Shown here: positions 35,200-36,127 of the stretch, in pieces
How the letters are laid out: each line of letters begins with the position of its first letter
Numbering within the stretch: position 1 is the first letter of the stretch
Source of the DNA: Catajapyx aquilonaris
Taxonomy: Eukaryota
Direction: 5' to 3'
Length of the DNA: 36,127 nucleotides
Assembly: GCA_000934665.2 (NCBI GenBank)
Contig: KZ539021.1
Location: forward strand, 1-36,127
The notes under the pieces: generated by a model
Told to the model about the DNA's origin: nothing
The model's input: the letters and a program-made list of their open reading frames with translations, nothing else
Databases searched by the model: none
Made by a program: the position numbers and the translations under genes

Positions 35200-36127
35200 G
35201 TGGGGTCCGAGCGGCAGTTTCCCACTGAGGCCAGCTTCGGGGGGGGACCTTGACCAACATGGCGGCCGGGGGAAGTGAAAAAAGGGAAAAGGACCCGAGT
35301 CGAGAGGCGCTGGGCCCGGGCATGCAGGCTCCTACCCCCCAGCTTCGACTCGCCCCGGCATCACAAGGGCCTACCCGTCAATCCTGGCCAGTTTTCGTAG
35401 GGCAATCGGGCCTTTCAAGAGCACCAGGGCGGCCTCAAAGCGGGTCTGGAACGTCCCTCCCTTGTAAGCGCCTCTGAATTGGGTTGGGTGGTGGGCCCCG
35501 GGCCGGGTCCCCCCTTCTACAATCTATGATCAGAAAAGGGTTCATTACCCTCCTCTGGCGGCGTCCCGTCTCGGCCCTTGGGTCGGATGGCCCCGCTTGT
35601 CCATGATAAGGCCGGATTCCGTCGCCGAAGCTCCGGGAAGCCGAACCCCCCTAGACACAAGCTGCAATGGCTGCCGTTCCGAACACCCTCTCCTCCCCCC
35701 CCTACCCCCTGCCCTCTCTCTGCCAGCTACCCTCTCTGCTCTCCCCTGCCCAGCCCCCACCCCACCGCCTCACCCTGTCACCCCCGGTCTCTTCCAACTC
35801 TTTGCGATTTCCGTGGCTCCCATTGGCCCCCTGGAGTCACGTGGGCACCCGCCTCGGGACGGAGGGGGTCTGGGATGAGGGCGGCCCGCACCAGGGGCGG
35901 CCCAGGGGAGGGCCGACGAGGGTCCCCTCGGATGGAGTAAGGGCAGAGGGTGGGACATAACGCGGGCTGGGAGGCTAGGGAGCTGGCAGTCGAGCGCAAG
36001 GAAGAGGGCGAGTGGCGGAGTGATCGGCGGATGACGACGCCATTTAGGAGGGGGTCACGTGACCACGGAGGGGAGGGAGAGTGCCGCACGGGATTGTGGG
36101 TAATTCTGGGGAGCTGATGGGAGGGGG
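35200..36127 (-). promoter_or_regulatory. GC/CpG-rich promoter/first-exon region, probably of the BET gene
   Basis: Sharp rise in GC and CpG relative to introns; YY1/Pho-type CAACATGGCGGC at about 35255-35266; candidate donor GG|gtaatg at 35549. Confidence 0.55.

Noticed and set aside
34786..36089. Many overlapping ORFs on both strands
   Set aside because: Expected in GC-rich promoter DNA; no recognisable domains

Overview
Eukaryotic (insect-like) genomic DNA, almost entirely one minus-strand, multi-exon BET bromodomain gene: a fs(1)h / BRD2-3-4 orthologue with BD1, BD2, motif B, ET and SEED domains. From GT/AG sites and consistent intron phases I reconstruct a short isoform of 13 coding exons (ATG 21370 to stop 8537, 875 aa). 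A long isoform splices out of the SEED exon into further exons and runs off the left edge. A GC/CpG-rich promoter-like region lies at the right end. Three things stand out. (1) An intact tandem duplicate of the BD2 alphaZ exon (14597-14689) is bracketed by a complementary intronic pair, suggesting RNA-structure-controlled mutually exclusive splicing inside BD2, with candidate poison exons and hairpins in neighbouring introns. (2) Three paralogous intronic box C/D snoRNAs resemble U14, keeping the domain A-like element but lacking domain B. (3) There are candidate alternative N-terminal exons. Introns also hold many non-autonomous DNA transposons/MITEs, two tRNA-derived SINEs and long hairpins. 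All calls are by-eye inference, without database searches.
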